64,000 nt of DNA from Candidatus Dojkabacteria bacterium (lineage in GTDB: Bacteria; Patescibacteriota; Dojkabacteria; J137): the NCBI GenBank assembly GCA_040006935.1, contig JBDTVZ010000003.1, forward strand, positions 139,988-203,987, in the 5' to 3' direction. The position numbers and the translations under genes are program-made. The notes beneath the pieces were generated by a model. It had not been told where the DNA came from. It saw only the letters and a list, made by a program, of their open reading frames with translations, and ran no database searches. This document shows, piece by piece, positions 1-10,261 of this stretch; within the stretch, counting starts at the first letter, position 1, and each line of letters starts with the position of its first letter.

Positions 1-1
1 A

Positions 2-1390
2 GCACCAGGGAATATCATTCCAGGAATTCTTGTTTTTGAAAATAACCCAATAACTTTAGAAGCCAGAAAAATGAGGGGAGAAATGAGTGAAGGAATGATT
101 TTAGCAGAAGATGAATTTGTATTGAGTCATGATCACGAAGGAATCTATATAGTTAAGAGTGAAGAGTTAACAGTGAATAGTAATCTAATTGGGAAGTCGA
201 TCCTTGATGTTTTAACTTCTGAGCAGATGAAAGTTATCGAAAGAAATGCTGGGATTATTGAGATTACCACAGAGCTACAGCATAGGATTGATTTAATTAG
301 ATCTATCGCAGGAAATGGTGGAGAAATTGTAGGAGAAGATGAATTACCGGCGATTTTAACTTCTGGAGAAAAACTATTCACATACGATGGATTTGAACCA
401 TCGGGACAAATGCATATTGCCCAAGGAATTATCAGATCTGTAAATACAAATAAAATGATAGATGCAGGATTCACATTTAAAATGTGGGTAGCAGATTGGT
501 TTGGATATTTAAATAATAAAATGGGTGGAGATTTAGATAAGATTAAAAAAGTTGGAGAATACTTTATTGAAATTTGGAGAGCAAGTGGAATGAATGTTGA
601 TGGAGTTGAATTTTTATGGACTTCCGATTTTGCAAAACAACCATGGTATTGGGAATTAGTAATGAAAGTAGCAAAAGCAACTACATTAAAAAGAGCATTA
701 AGAACAACAGAAATTATGGGCCGAGCAGAATCTGATGATTTAACTGCAGCTCAAATACTCTACCCTTGCATGCAAGTGGCAGATATCTTTGGAGTGATGA
801 AATGTCAGGTTACTCAGTTAGGAATGGATCAAAGAAAAGCAAATATGTTGGCAAGAGAAGTTGGCCCAGAAATAGGTTTTTGGAAACCAGTTGTAGTTAG
901 CCACAGTATGTTACAAGGTCTTGGGAAACCAGCACCTAAAGACTCAGATACAGTAACAAGAGCAATCTCCATGAAAATGTCTAAATCAAAACCAGATACA
1001 GCAATTTTCATGACAGATACTTTTGAAGATGTAGAAAGAAAGATTAATAAAGCATACTGTCCAGAAGGAGAAGTTGACGATAATCCAATCTTGGATTACT
1101 GCAAACAAATTATTTTCCAAGCAAATTATTTAAAACGAAAAACACCATTGTTAGAAAATGGAAAATTCAAAATAGTAAGAGATGAAAAATTTGGTGGAAA
1201 TGTAGAATACTCTACTTATGAAGAATTAGAAAGCGACTATAAAGAGAAGAAATTATTCCCATTAGATTTAAAAGTTGCAGTTATTAAATACTTGGATGAA
1301 TTATTAAAACCAGTAAGAGAACATTTTGAAAACGATCCAAAAGCAAAAGCAATTTTGGAAGAAGTGAAGAGTTATCAAGTAACCAGATAG
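2..1390 (+). CDS. tyrS: Tyrosyl-tRNA synthetase, archaeal/eukaryotic type, 5'-partial. The reading frame is open to the window edge, and the N-terminal part carries the tail of a Trbp111/EMAP-like tRNA-binding domain.
   Basis: Class I motifs GFEPSGQMHIAQG (HIGH-like) and KMSKS are present. The stretch NKMIDAGF...ADWFGYLNNKMGGDLDKIKKVGEY resembles archaeal TyrRS. The upstream in-frame residues ...GEMSEGMILAEDE match the C-terminal signature of tRNA-binding (Trbp111/MetRS-C) domains. There is no stop codon between position 2 and the ATG at 71. Confidence 0.85.
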   Translation, partial: APGNIIPGILVFENNPITLEARKMRGEMSEGMILAEDEFVLSHDHEGIYIVKSEELTVNSNLIGKSILDVLTSEQMKVIERNAGIIEITTELQHRIDLIRSIAGNGGEIVGEDELPAILTSGEKLFTYDGFEPSGQMHIAQGIIRSVNTNKMIDAGFTFKMWVADWFGYLNNKMGGDLDKIKKVGEYFIEIWRASGMNVDGVEFLWTSDFAKQPWYWELVMKVAKATTLKRALRTTEIMGRAESDDLTAAQILYPCMQVADIFGVMKCQVTQLGMDQRKANMLAREVGPEIGFWKPVVVSHSMLQGLGKPAPKDSDTVTRAISMKMSKSKPDTAIFMTDTFEDVERKINKAYCPEGEVDDNPILDYCKQIIFQANYLKRKTPLLENGKFKIVRDEKFGGNVEYSTYEELESDYKEKKLFPLDLKVAVIKYLDELLKPVREHFENDPKAKAILEEVKSYQVTR

Positions 1391-1560
1391 TTTCTTGTCA
1401 TTGCGAGCACGAAGTGCGTGCCAATCTCGTTAGAATCAAACTTACGGGATTGCCTCGTCCCATCCTGGGACACCTGACATTATAAGTCCTTCTAAGAATT
1501 TACTAATCTCCCTGTTAGTCTCTAGTATTGAACAGCACCACTTACAGGAGGATTCACAAT
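1391..1560. other. GC-rich, hairpin-dense non-coding island A at a convergent gene junction.
   Basis: The intergenic stretch is locally GC-rich in an AT-rich context. Hairpins include gcacg-aagt-gcgtgc and gtccca-tcc-tgggac. It shares the 11-mer gcacgaagtgc with island C (24.5 kb) in inverted orientation. Confidence 0.3.
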
Positions 1561-1735
1561 GGTTGTTGAGTTATTGTTATTAACAACAAACAAATAAATT
1601 ATAATACCTACAATTACAACAAGCACGACAGCTACAATTACCATCATCATACTGTTGTCTTCTTCTACTATAACTGCATCTTAACTCTTAACCTTATTTC
1701 TAAGATTAAGAATAAGATAAAGATTGAGAATTAAG

Positions 1736-2347
1736 TTATAGAACTATATCTCCACATGACATATACACACTACTCTCAGCTGCAGACTTGTGAACATTAA
1801 TTGCAATATTTCCAAGAGCTTTCAATGCAGAAATTGATGTATCCAACATTGTTACTGAAGCTCCATCTACAACATCAGTTAAAGGAAATACAACAGTGCC
1901 AGGAGTAGGACAGCTTCCCATATGAATATGTGCAGGTTCAGGTGTACTCACTCCAGTTGGAAAATGAAGGGTAACTTGAACTTGACTTCCAACTTCAGTA
2001 AGGACTGCAGTTCCATCTTGTTCTGAACCATTTTGTGCTGTAAGAATGAATTCATTATTATCATTAGATACAGAGCTGCTAACAGGTGCTGGTGGATTCA
2101 CAACTGGAACCGGCGCAGGTGCAGGTGTAACTGGTGCTACATAATTATTTCTTAACATTAAGAATGCAATGATACCGATTATCACAATAACAATAACAGC
2201 TATTACTGCTATCATCATTCCTCTAGACGAGTCATTGTCTTGCACTGTTGTAGAACTTTCTGTCGTCGCTGTAGAAGTTTCTGTTTCCATAGAAAAAAAT
2301 AAAAAATAATTATATTTTATTATTAGCCTTAAAAAATTTAATTGCAA
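1736..2347 (-). CDS. Membrane-anchored protein with a Thr/Ser-rich N-terminus, one TM helix, a Pro/Ala/Val-rich linker and a C-terminal ~110-aa His/Cys-containing beta-rich domain (possibly Cu/Zn-SOD-like or CHRD-like).
   Basis: TM segment MMIAVIAVIVIVIIGIIAFLML; linker PVTPAPAPVPVVNPPAPV. The C-terminal motifs HIHMGSC and ...NVHKSAAESSVYMSCGDIV resemble SodC FHVHE.GSC and ...ACGVI. Confidence 0.45.
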   Translation of the reverse strand: MQLNFLRLIIKYNYFLFFSMETETSTATTESSTTVQDNDSSRGMMIAVIAVIVIVIIGIIAFLMLRNNYVAPVTPAPAPVPVVNPPAPVSSSVSNDNNEFILTAQNGSEQDGTAVLTEVGSQVQVTLHFPTGVSTPEPAHIHMGSCPTPGTVVFPLTDVVDGASVTMLDTSISALKALGNIAINVHKSAAESSVYMSCGDIVL

Positions 2348-2413
2348 CCCTAAAAGTAGTTCTTCCCCTTATCTTCTGATATTATCTACATATATAAATT
2401 TATTAATTAAAAT

Positions 2414-2935
2414 ATGGATACTATTCAAATAATTCTAATTGTTGTGATTACACTATTGTTCCTCTTCTTTATTTTCTACAGAAAAGTTATACATGTGGCC
2501 TTCGTGTTTATTACAATAATCTTTTTTTTCTCCTTGATCAGCACAATAGCAGCAATATTTATGCCTCAATTATTTCAAACAGGAACTGAATTTTTGGTGA
2601 AAGACACAGCTTTTGCAGTACAATTAAAAAACTTTGACGGAACAATCACCGAGATAGGTAAACTCCCAACAGGCGTTCTTAATAATATTCAAAATTTCTT
2701 TAATCAAAATAATAATTCAACTTCAGAATTTAAATCAGATTTATACAATCAATTCGTAATATTTGTTGCTGGAGTTCTAAGGATAGGAGTTTTAGTGCTT
2801 GGATTATTTCTCATGGCAATCTCAATTTATATCAGATACTCATACTCAGGTTTAAATGAAAGCATCAAGTTAAAACACAGAGTAGATGAACTAGAAAATC
2901 AACTTCAAATGCTTCAGTCAAAGGTATCTCAATAA
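2414..2935 (+). CDS. Hypothetical membrane protein with 2-3 TM helices and a C-terminal coiled-coil.
   Basis: Hydrophobic N-terminal segments are present. The C-terminal KLKHRVDELENQLQMLQSK has heptad character. Confidence 0.45.
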   Translation: MDTIQIILIVVITLLFLFFIFYRKVIHVAFVFITIIFFFSLISTIAAIFMPQLFQTGTEFLVKDTAFAVQLKNFDGTITEIGKLPTGVLNNIQNFFNQNNNSTSEFKSDLYNQFVIFVAGVLRIGVLVLGLFLMAISIYIRYSYSGLNESIKLKHRVDELENQLQMLQSKVSQ

Positions 2936-3002
2936 ACTTTGATAAAAACTTAGAAAACGCTTAAAATATAATAGGTATTAGATAATTTTCAATATCAATT
3001 AA

Positions 3003-6000
3003 ATGGATAGAGCTGTTTTTCTAAGGAGAATAATTAAGAGGCATGAGGACGTTGCTACTCTTATTAAAAAAGGAGAAAGACAAACTTTCATAGATATCTT
3101 AAAAGTAATTGCATTAGTACTAATGATAGTAACCCATGTAATTGCTATTGCTACGGACTACTCTGCAAACAATCAAGTAATTTCATACATCGGTCTCATT
3201 GGAGGAATTGGTTCATTTTCCACGTTCCTTTTTATGTCAGGAATGAATGCATTTTATTTCTTCGATCATCACTTAGATGAAAACCAATTACATTATTTTA
3301 AAAGTCTTTTTGTAAGAGTAGTTAAAATTTTCATAGCTTTTATAATACTATCAATTGTATATTTGGTGATATTTAATAAACTCTACCTTGAAACATATCC
3401 AATCCAAAGTCTCTTCAAAAATCTCTATGATTCCCTAACAGTTGGCCCAATGCCAGAATTCAGTGAGTACTTAATTGCAATCGCTATATTCACAGGTGGG
3501 GGTATATTCTTTTCAAAAATTTATAAATGGATATCCAAATCAATTGTTCGCGCTATATTCGTTGGAGGAATTCTATACACTTTAAGTTGGATATTATTTA
3601 GGACAGTTACTTTACCAGCTCGACTTAATGTATTCGCAGCAATATTATGGGGAAAAACTTTTGATGGCCTTAGAATTCATTCTTTCCCAGTTTTACAATA
3701 TTCAATTCTTTTCTTTCTCGGGCTAGCTTTTGCAAGATATTATAAAAATAATCCTGAAACTTTATCTAAATTAAAACTTTCTGCAATTGCCGTAATATCT
3801 TCAATAACACTTACAGGTGTTGCGCTTATAATTTACAATTTTTATGCTATATCCACTTTCTATCCTCTGCCACTTGAAGGTAGATTCCCCCCATCGCTAG
3901 GCTTTCTTTTCCTTAGCTCAATCATAGTATTTATTTCACTTATAGTTGCAATTTTAATTGCTACCAAAGTTCCATCTAGGATTAGGAAGATATGTGAATT
4001 TATGGGTAAACGATCATTATCTATTTTAGTTTGGCATTTAATCCTGCTATTTGGCTACAGGCTTCTTATACAGAAAGGGATAATTACTTCTCAGCCAAGA
4101 GATATTGGGGGAATTTTACTTTTATCGATAGCAATAATTTTCTTAAGTGTACTAATCAGCTGGGTATATACTCTATTCGTTACAAGAGTTGTAGAAGGAA
4201 GTTTAAAAAAAGAATCTTATTTCCTCATACATACAATATTTCCAATAACTTTAATGATTTTGTCTCTTTTAGGTATTATGATGTTAATTTATAGTAGATT
4301 TACACTTTACGCAGGGAATATTCCAGATAATATTTCAAACTTCAAACGTGTAATCTTACTTCCAGAACAAGATCCATTTTGGGCTAACGATGATTACAAA
4401 GTAAAACAACAAATCACCTTAGAAAACAAAACATCGAACATAGCACTGCAGGGAACTTTTGTGTCCTTTACCTTTGATCATTCAAAAGCTGTAGCAGAAA
4501 AAAATGCACTCAGTCCATCAGGAAATGATATTAGAATCTACTATTGGAATGTCAAAATTAATGCATTCGAGGAATTACCAATTTTAATAGAGTCACCTAA
4601 TACTGCAAATACAAAAATTACATTCATTCTTCAATCAGATTTGCTAGCAAATGAACAAAATACTAATTATTATCTTTACTATGGTAATTGGGAAATGAAG
4701 GAACCAGAAAAACTCACAGTCCCAGAAAATACATTAACATTTTCGGGCAATTTAAGTCTAAGTGGGGAAGTGGTTCACAAAATTGCCTTAAGTTTAAGTA
4801 GAGAGTGGCTATTATTAAAACCTGAGACAAAAGAATTGCTAGATACTCTGAGTGCAAATATAAATTTACCTGAAAATTTATCTGCAGATAAATATTTTTT
4901 AAGTTTCACTCTTTTTAATTCTGAAGGCAATATAGTTCAAACAAAAGACGTAGATGTAACTACCACAACAACATATACAATCTCTCCCGACATTGCTGGC
5001 CTTGGCCCTTCTCTTTATACTCTACAAGCACAACTAATAAAATTTGATAATAATTTAGAAGTGATCACTTCATATAAAACTCCTTTTAGAATAACTTACC
5101 CAATGTATGTAACCTGGAGTTTTGATTGGGATGGTTGGGATGCTTCAGATTATGATCTTTATAAAATTAATGATGTAGCAAATAGATATACTATTCCAGT
5201 CACTCAATTATTCAACCCAAGAATTTATGTTGCAGATCAATTTTCTGCAAACGGTTTTATCGGAAGAGTATCTACAGAAAGAGCAACTTATTTAACAAAT
5301 TGGGTTTTAAATAGGCATAATCAGTTTGGAGATGAAATTGGGATGCACTTACATATGTTCTCTGATATGGTTACAGAAGCAGGAGTTTCCCCTCGTCCTG
5401 GGCGTGTGGTTGGTGCTATGTATGGAGATGCAATGACTAGTGATTTTACAGAAACAGAGCTAGAAAAGATTATGAATTGGGGTTTTGGAAAATTTGAAGA
5501 ACATGGCTTACCAAGGCCAATTACTTACCGAGCGGGAGGTTGGTTTGCATCACCTCAAGTTTTACAAGCAGCCCAAAATACTGGATTTTTAATAGACTCA
5601 AGTGGTAGAACTGGTGGAACAATCAATCCAACTTCAGCCTATAGTACTCAAGTTCCCTGGAATTTACTTTCTACTACATGGCCTTATAAGCCAAATGTTA
5701 ACGATATGAATAGATGGGATGGGGACAGAACAAGTATTTTTGAGTTCCCTGATAATGGAGCGGACTCATATTGGTTTACTGCAGAACAGTTAATAAATAG
5801 ATTCCAAGACAATATGAAGATAACAACAAATGGAGTTCTTATGCATCCACAAGTACTTACATATTTAACTCATCCACACTGGTTTACAATAATAGACGAA
5901 CCTAAAGTAAGAAATCTTTTTGATTATGTTTCTCAATTCAAATACAATGATAATTCGGGACCAGTCATTTTCACTACTTTAGAAAAAGCATATCAAGATT

Positions 6001-6032
6001 GGGATAAAATAAATGATGTTAATGGAAGTTAA
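3003..6032 (+). CDS. Acyltransferase-3 (OatA-like) family polytopic membrane protein fused to a large extracytoplasmic C-terminal domain.
   Basis: The N-terminal DILKVIALVLMIVTHV matches the D..LR......V...H motif of the acyltransferase_3 family and is followed by about 10 TM helices. The ~600-aa C-terminal soluble region contains GMHLHMFSD and a possibly esterase/deacetylase-like segment. Confidence 0.6.
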   Translation: MDRAVFLRRIIKRHEDVATLIKKGERQTFIDILKVIALVLMIVTHVIAIATDYSANNQVISYIGLIGGIGSFSTFLFMSGMNAFYFFDHHLDENQLHYFKSLFVRVVKIFIAFIILSIVYLVIFNKLYLETYPIQSLFKNLYDSLTVGPMPEFSEYLIAIAIFTGGGIFFSKIYKWISKSIVRAIFVGGILYTLSWILFRTVTLPARLNVFAAILWGKTFDGLRIHSFPVLQYSILFFLGLAFARYYKNNPETLSKLKLSAIAVISSITLTGVALIIYNFYAISTFYPLPLEGRFPPSLGFLFLSSIIVFISLIVAILIATKVPSRIRKICEFMGKRSLSILVWHLILLFGYRLLIQKGIITSQPRDIGGILLLSIAIIFLSVLISWVYTLFVTRVVEGSLKKESYFLIHTIFPITLMILSLLGIMMLIYSRFTLYAGNIPDNISNFKRVILLPEQDPFWANDDYKVKQQITLENKTSNIALQGTFVSFTFDHSKAVAEKNALSPSGNDIRIYYWNVKINAFEELPILIESPNTANTKITFILQSDLLANEQNTNYYLYYGNWEMKEPEKLTVPENTLTFSGNLSLSGEVVHKIALSLSREWLLLKPETKELLDTLSANINLPENLSADKYFLSFTLFNSEGNIVQTKDVDVTTTTTYTISPDIAGLGPSLYTLQAQLIKFDNNLEVITSYKTPFRITYPMYVTWSFDWDGWDASDYDLYKINDVANRYTIPVTQLFNPRIYVADQFSANGFIGRVSTERATYLTNWVLNRHNQFGDEIGMHLHMFSDMVTEAGVSPRPGRVVGAMYGDAMTSDFTETELEKIMNWGFGKFEEHGLPRPITYRAGGWFASPQVLQAAQNTGFLIDSSGRTGGTINPTSAYSTQVPWNLLSTTWPYKPNVNDMNRWDGDRTSIFEFPDNGADSYWFTAEQLINRFQDNMKITTNGVLMHPQVLTYLTHPHWFTIIDEPKVRNLFDYVSQFKYNDNSGPVIFTTLEKAYQDWDKINDVNGS

Positions 6033-6034
6033 AT

Positions 6035-8056
6035 ATGTTCACAGAAATATTAAAAAATATAGGATTTGATAATTTTTTAATAATAGTTTTATCAACTATA
6101 CCTTTCTTTATATTTGTATTTTTAGATTTAATAATACTAAGAAAATCTCCAGAGAATAAATCTTTAAAATCTTTAATTTGGAGGAATAGATTTTTTATTT
6201 TAGGAACAATATTTGTAACAATAATCGCAGGATTTATTCTGATCGCAGCATCCTACTTCACAACAATTCCTACAATAATTTCATCAAAACCAGCTAGTAG
6301 TTTAAACTGGTCAAATTATACAGAACCAGTCGAAATTAAATTTAATGTTCCAGTAAAAATTAGTGCACTCCAGCCGAAAATAGTTCCAGGGATACAAGGC
6401 GATTGGGTTTGGGAAAGATTCTTATTAAGTGATTATACAATCAAGGGTAAATTTATACCTTCACAAACAGAAATGCCTGAGCAAAGGATTGTTGTATACA
6501 TAGTTGGTGCTCAAAGGTTTTTAATTCCGGGAGAAAACCACGAATTAGCACTTAACTTTTTAGCACCAACAGCTCCAATAATATTAAAATCAATTCCTTC
6601 TGATAATGCATCAGAAGTGGAAAGAGAAACTACTTTTAAAATTTATTTTAATAAAATAAACTACTATCTCTCCGATTGGACTTATACAATTGACCCTGCG
6701 ATAGACACAACTGTTTCAAATGAATTCGCTGATTATTTAGAAATTACACCCAAAACTATTTTGGCAGGCGATACACAATATAAAATTACTCTACAAAGAA
6801 AACCAATATCCTACGATTTGCAAACAAAGAATTTTATAGTTAAAGGTGATCCTGATTATACTTTTACAACAACTTTTCATACAGCAAAAGATGCGCTAAT
6901 AGAATCAATCACTCCCCAAGGAACAGGTGTAGATGCCACAACAACTATCAAAGTAAAATTTAGTTCTGAGATGGATAGGCAAACTGTTGAAGATAATTTT
7001 GAAATTAATCCTTCTGCAAGCGGGACTTTTACATGGACAGATAACAAAAGCTTCGAATTTAAACCAAATGAAATATTAGCAAAAGGGCAAGTTTATACAA
7101 TTACTTTAAAAAGTGGAATTACAAAAAAAGACGCAGGTGCTACGCAAAAAGACTTAAAATATTCTTTTGAAACGATAGGTGCCATTAAAGTTTTGTCTTT
7201 CTCACCAACTGATGGCGCAGCTAATGTAAATGAGTCATCAGGAGTATTAATAAAACTCGACCAGGATGTTGATCATGCTTCTGCAGAATCTAGTTTTCAA
7301 ATCACACCCGCAGTTGACGGACATTTTATTTGGAATGGAATAGATTTAATTTTTACTCCAAACTATAGTCTTCCATTTAATCAAACTTTCACTGTATTAT
7401 TTAAAAAAGGAGTTAAATCGATTCATGGTATAGATTTACAAAATGATGTGACTTTTAGCTTTGCAATAAGATCACAAGAAAGCATTGTTGGTGGAGTCCC
7501 ACAATTATATCAGCCATATGGTTCATTTTCATGTAATGTTTATGCGGGACTAATGGCATTATCTTGGAAAGGCTACAATTTAAGCGCAGCCGGACTAATA
7601 TCGGAAACAGGTTACGATGAAGGTCAATACAATGGGCAATGGACAGGAGATCCATACGTAGATTACGTTGGTAATTCTGATGGAAGCTGGGGATATGGAA
7701 TGTATTGGACTGCATTGCAAATACCTTTTAATAACCGAGGTATCGCAACTCAAATTAAAGAAGGCTGGAATGTTCAAGAATTAGCTCAAAGTATTTTAGA
7801 CGGACATCCTGTAATCATTTGGAGATACAATGGCGAAAGTGCGAATTATGATAAAAATTGGACTGCATCAGATGGAACTTATGTACATGGAATTAACGGT
7901 CAACATGGTGGACTTGTGATTGGTGTAAGAGGTTCAATTTCCAATCCGGATTCGTTTCTAGTAAACGATCCATGGTATGGTCAATATTGGTATAGTGCAG
8001 ATTACTTGGATTACACTTGGTCCCGGATGAACAGAACCGCAATGATTGTTTATTAG
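6035..8056 (+). CDS. Secreted or membrane-anchored protein with Ig-like repeats and a C-terminal papain-fold C39-like cysteine peptidase domain.
   Basis: N-terminal TM helices, central Big/SbsA-Ig-like beta-rich repeats, and a C-terminal Q...SFSCNVYAGLMAL ... HGGLVIGV ... VNDPWYG arrangement matching the Cys/His/Asp(P) order of Peptidase_C39_2-like domains. It abuts the upstream gene with a 2-nt gap, which suggests an operon. Confidence 0.55.
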   Translation: MFTEILKNIGFDNFLIIVLSTIPFFIFVFLDLIILRKSPENKSLKSLIWRNRFFILGTIFVTIIAGFILIAASYFTTIPTIISSKPASSLNWSNYTEPVEIKFNVPVKISALQPKIVPGIQGDWVWERFLLSDYTIKGKFIPSQTEMPEQRIVVYIVGAQRFLIPGENHELALNFLAPTAPIILKSIPSDNASEVERETTFKIYFNKINYYLSDWTYTIDPAIDTTVSNEFADYLEITPKTILAGDTQYKITLQRKPISYDLQTKNFIVKGDPDYTFTTTFHTAKDALIESITPQGTGVDATTTIKVKFSSEMDRQTVEDNFEINPSASGTFTWTDNKSFEFKPNEILAKGQVYTITLKSGITKKDAGATQKDLKYSFETIGAIKVLSFSPTDGAANVNESSGVLIKLDQDVDHASAESSFQITPAVDGHFIWNGIDLIFTPNYSLPFNQTFTVLFKKGVKSIHGIDLQNDVTFSFAIRSQESIVGGVPQLYQPYGSFSCNVYAGLMALSWKGYNLSAAGLISETGYDEGQYNGQWTGDPYVDYVGNSDGSWGYGMYWTALQIPFNNRGIATQIKEGWNVQELAQSILDGHPVIIWRYNGESANYDKNWTASDGTYVHGINGQHGGLVIGVRGSISNPDSFLVNDPWYGQYWYSADYLDYTWSRMNRTAMIVY

Positions 8057-8706
8057 TTATAGAAGATTTCTTCTCGTAATAAAATCATTAAAAAAGCAGA
8101 ACATAGCAATCCTAATATGATTGTATCTAAATACACCTGCTCTCTTTCGAAACCTGTTCCATCTAGAACTAAGAAAGTACTTTTATCAAAGTTACCTTTT
8201 AAATTTTCTGCTATTTTTTCTTTAACGCTATCTTCTAATTTATTCAACTGACTATCATTCACTGTATTTATATTGCCAGGTTCGTTTAGCTTAGAGATTA
8301 GATCATCTCCAAATCCAGAATTATCGATTTTTTTAATTATCCCCTGAAAAACTACATTGGAAGAGCTTTTGATTTTATCCGCCGAAATCCTAGCGATTAA
8401 CTTATCTCCAAATTTTTCAAAACCTACATAATAGACCTTGCCAGAATCATCGCCTAAAACTCTAAGATAGTTAATATTTGCATTAATCAAAACAGTATCA
8501 TTTTCTTTTAGAGTTTTGAGAGTTTCTTCAAAAGTAGATTCATCTAAAGTTTTAATAGGCCGATTTACAATTTCTAATGCACTGTAATTTACTAATAGTG
8601 TGAGTAAAATTGAAGCACCAACTGCAAGAAGAAGCTTAAATACCTTAGGGAAATTATAATTTAATTTTATATTTTTAATATCCATATTATTTTTCAATTC
8701 CCACAA
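8053..8706 (-). CDS. Hypothetical signal-anchored exported protein.
   Basis: Hydrophobic N-terminus KVFKLLLAVGASILLTLLV. It lies directly downstream of the putative anti-sigma gene. The real start is probably the internal Met at about 8685. Confidence 0.45.
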   Translation of the reverse strand: MWELKNNMDIKNIKLNYNFPKVFKLLLAVGASILLTLLVNYSALEIVNRPIKTLDESTFEETLKTLKENDTVLINANINYLRVLGDDSGKVYYVGFEKFGDKLIARISADKIKSSSNVVFQGIIKKIDNSGFGDDLISKLNEPGNINTVNDSQLNKLEDSVKEKIAENLKGNFDKSTFLVLDGTGFEREQVYLDTIILGLLCSAFLMILLREEIFYN

Positions 8707-10231
8707 GATTAAAATCTTTATTAATCATTTTATCAATATCTGATGATTTAAATAAGTATTTATATTGATTATAAGTAAATAATAAATACTTATTGGAACT
8801 TTCTTCAGAAAATGAGACTGGTACTCTAGAAGTATAAATGTTTGCCTTTACATTTATTCCATTTATTTCAAAGTTGGTTATAGCTTTCGAATCGAGATCG
8901 CCGAGTAAAATATTGGAATCAGCAACATCCGCATTGAAAACTTGAGCAGAAGTTTCAAATCCATCATCAATGGCATACTCCATAAGTGGAACTGTTTTTA
9001 AATTAATACCATTTAAATAATCTGCATCTGTTTTATAGAACTTTCTATCTTGTGAAGCTACTTCTTCAAAATTTGCAATTCTTATATTGATTATTTCTCC
9101 ATCCACAGGGACTAAATCTATCTTATCTGTAAGTATTGAGTTAAGTGTTTCTATTGGATTCAAATCTGAGATGTCTATTATATTCAGATCATTTGAAATT
9201 GTTTGGAAATTTTCCTTCACAGTTTCAAAATTTATATCTTGTTTAATAATTGAAAATTGAGTTCTTTTAATAAGGTTGTTTTCACTTTTATCATTATTTG
9301 CAAATACTTCAATCATTGATAATGAGAAGTCAGACGAACTGAACCATTTTTTATCAATTAAATTAATTCTTTCGTCTCCACAGTTAGATTGTGCAGATGA
9401 ACTAATTACATAAAAATCCTCATTACCTCTTCTCACAACTGCTAAGGTACTGGACACAGGATCGAAATATTTACCTTGCTCAAAAGCAGGTAGGTAAGAA
9501 ACGGGGAAAGATGTTGGAATTGTACTTGCTAAAGTTTCTGAATTTATTATTATTCCATAATTACCATTTTTTGTATAAAGGCTTGCAACATCATTATCAG
9601 TATTGTTCAATTGAATAGATTCAATTGTATTTCCCGATGAGTCTTTATTTATAACTCTGTATAGATAGCCTCCATTTGAACTTGTAAAAGTAAAAATTTC
9701 CTGTGACTTCACACTAGTATCTACCAATAACTTACAAGCACTACTCATCTCGCCAAGCTCAAAGTTACTTCTTGTATAACTGTAATTGTAATTCTTAGGA
9801 GCTGCTTCCGGAGCAATCATTTTAAGATCTTTAGCTAATGCACCTGTGTCTTGGAAGCTCTGAATATTATCGTTATTTAAACTTTGTGCTATTAAAATAT
9901 CTGGATTATTCTTAACTATAGATCCAATTATTGAAGAAGTTTCGTTGGACGGAACTGCGGCCACATCAGAAATATTTGACTGACTTTGGCTACTATTGAA
10001 AGTAGCAACACCAGCAATGGAAACGATGGCAATAGAAAGTACCACAATCGAAATTGACAATACGTTAATACTCTTCTCGTTAAAGAAAAAAAATGTGGGC
10101 TCAAAGGGAAGTTTGTATGAGTCCACAAATCTTGCTTTTAAAGAGTTCCTGAAAGAATGACTTGGTACAGATGAACTCTGTTTCAAATCTTCAAGTATAT
10201 TCTGATTTTCATTATCCTCAAAGGTTTCCAT
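8687..10231 (-). CDS. Putative anti-sigma factor: short cytoplasmic N-terminus, a single TM helix and a large extracytoplasmic domain.
   Basis: It lies immediately downstream of an ECF sigma gene, with a 30-nt gap and the same strand. It has about 55 aa before the TM helix VLSISIVVLSIAIVSIAGVA. The architecture is typical of ECF anti-sigma factors. Confidence 0.45.
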   Translation of the reverse strand: METFEDNENQNILEDLKQSSSVPSHSFRNSLKARFVDSYKLPFEPTFFFFNEKSINVLSISIVVLSIAIVSIAGVATFNSSQSQSNISDVAAVPSNETSSIIGSIVKNNPDILIAQSLNNDNIQSFQDTGALAKDLKMIAPEAAPKNYNYSYTRSNFELGEMSSACKLLVDTSVKSQEIFTFTSSNGGYLYRVINKDSSGNTIESIQLNNTDNDVASLYTKNGNYGIIINSETLASTIPTSFPVSYLPAFEQGKYFDPVSSTLAVVRRGNEDFYVISSSAQSNCGDERINLIDKKWFSSSDFSLSMIEVFANNDKSENNLIKRTQFSIIKQDINFETVKENFQTISNDLNIIDISDLNPIETLNSILTDKIDLVPVDGEIINIRIANFEEVASQDRKFYKTDADYLNGINLKTVPLMEYAIDDGFETSAQVFNADVADSNILLGDLDSKAITNFEINGINVKANIYTSRVPVSFSEESSNKYLLFTYNQYKYLFKSSDIDKMINKDFNLVGIEK

Positions 10232-10261
10232 ATACTTTAATAGTGTAAATTAGTGTACAAA

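Noticed and set aside
145-474. Numerous 60-130-aa antisense or internal ORFs in the track (for example 145-474, 4031-4294, 7455-7777, 17786-18055, 26628-26819, 61413-62063).
   Set aside because: They are fully embedded in or antisense to well-supported longer genes, with low-complexity translations. They are treated as spurious.
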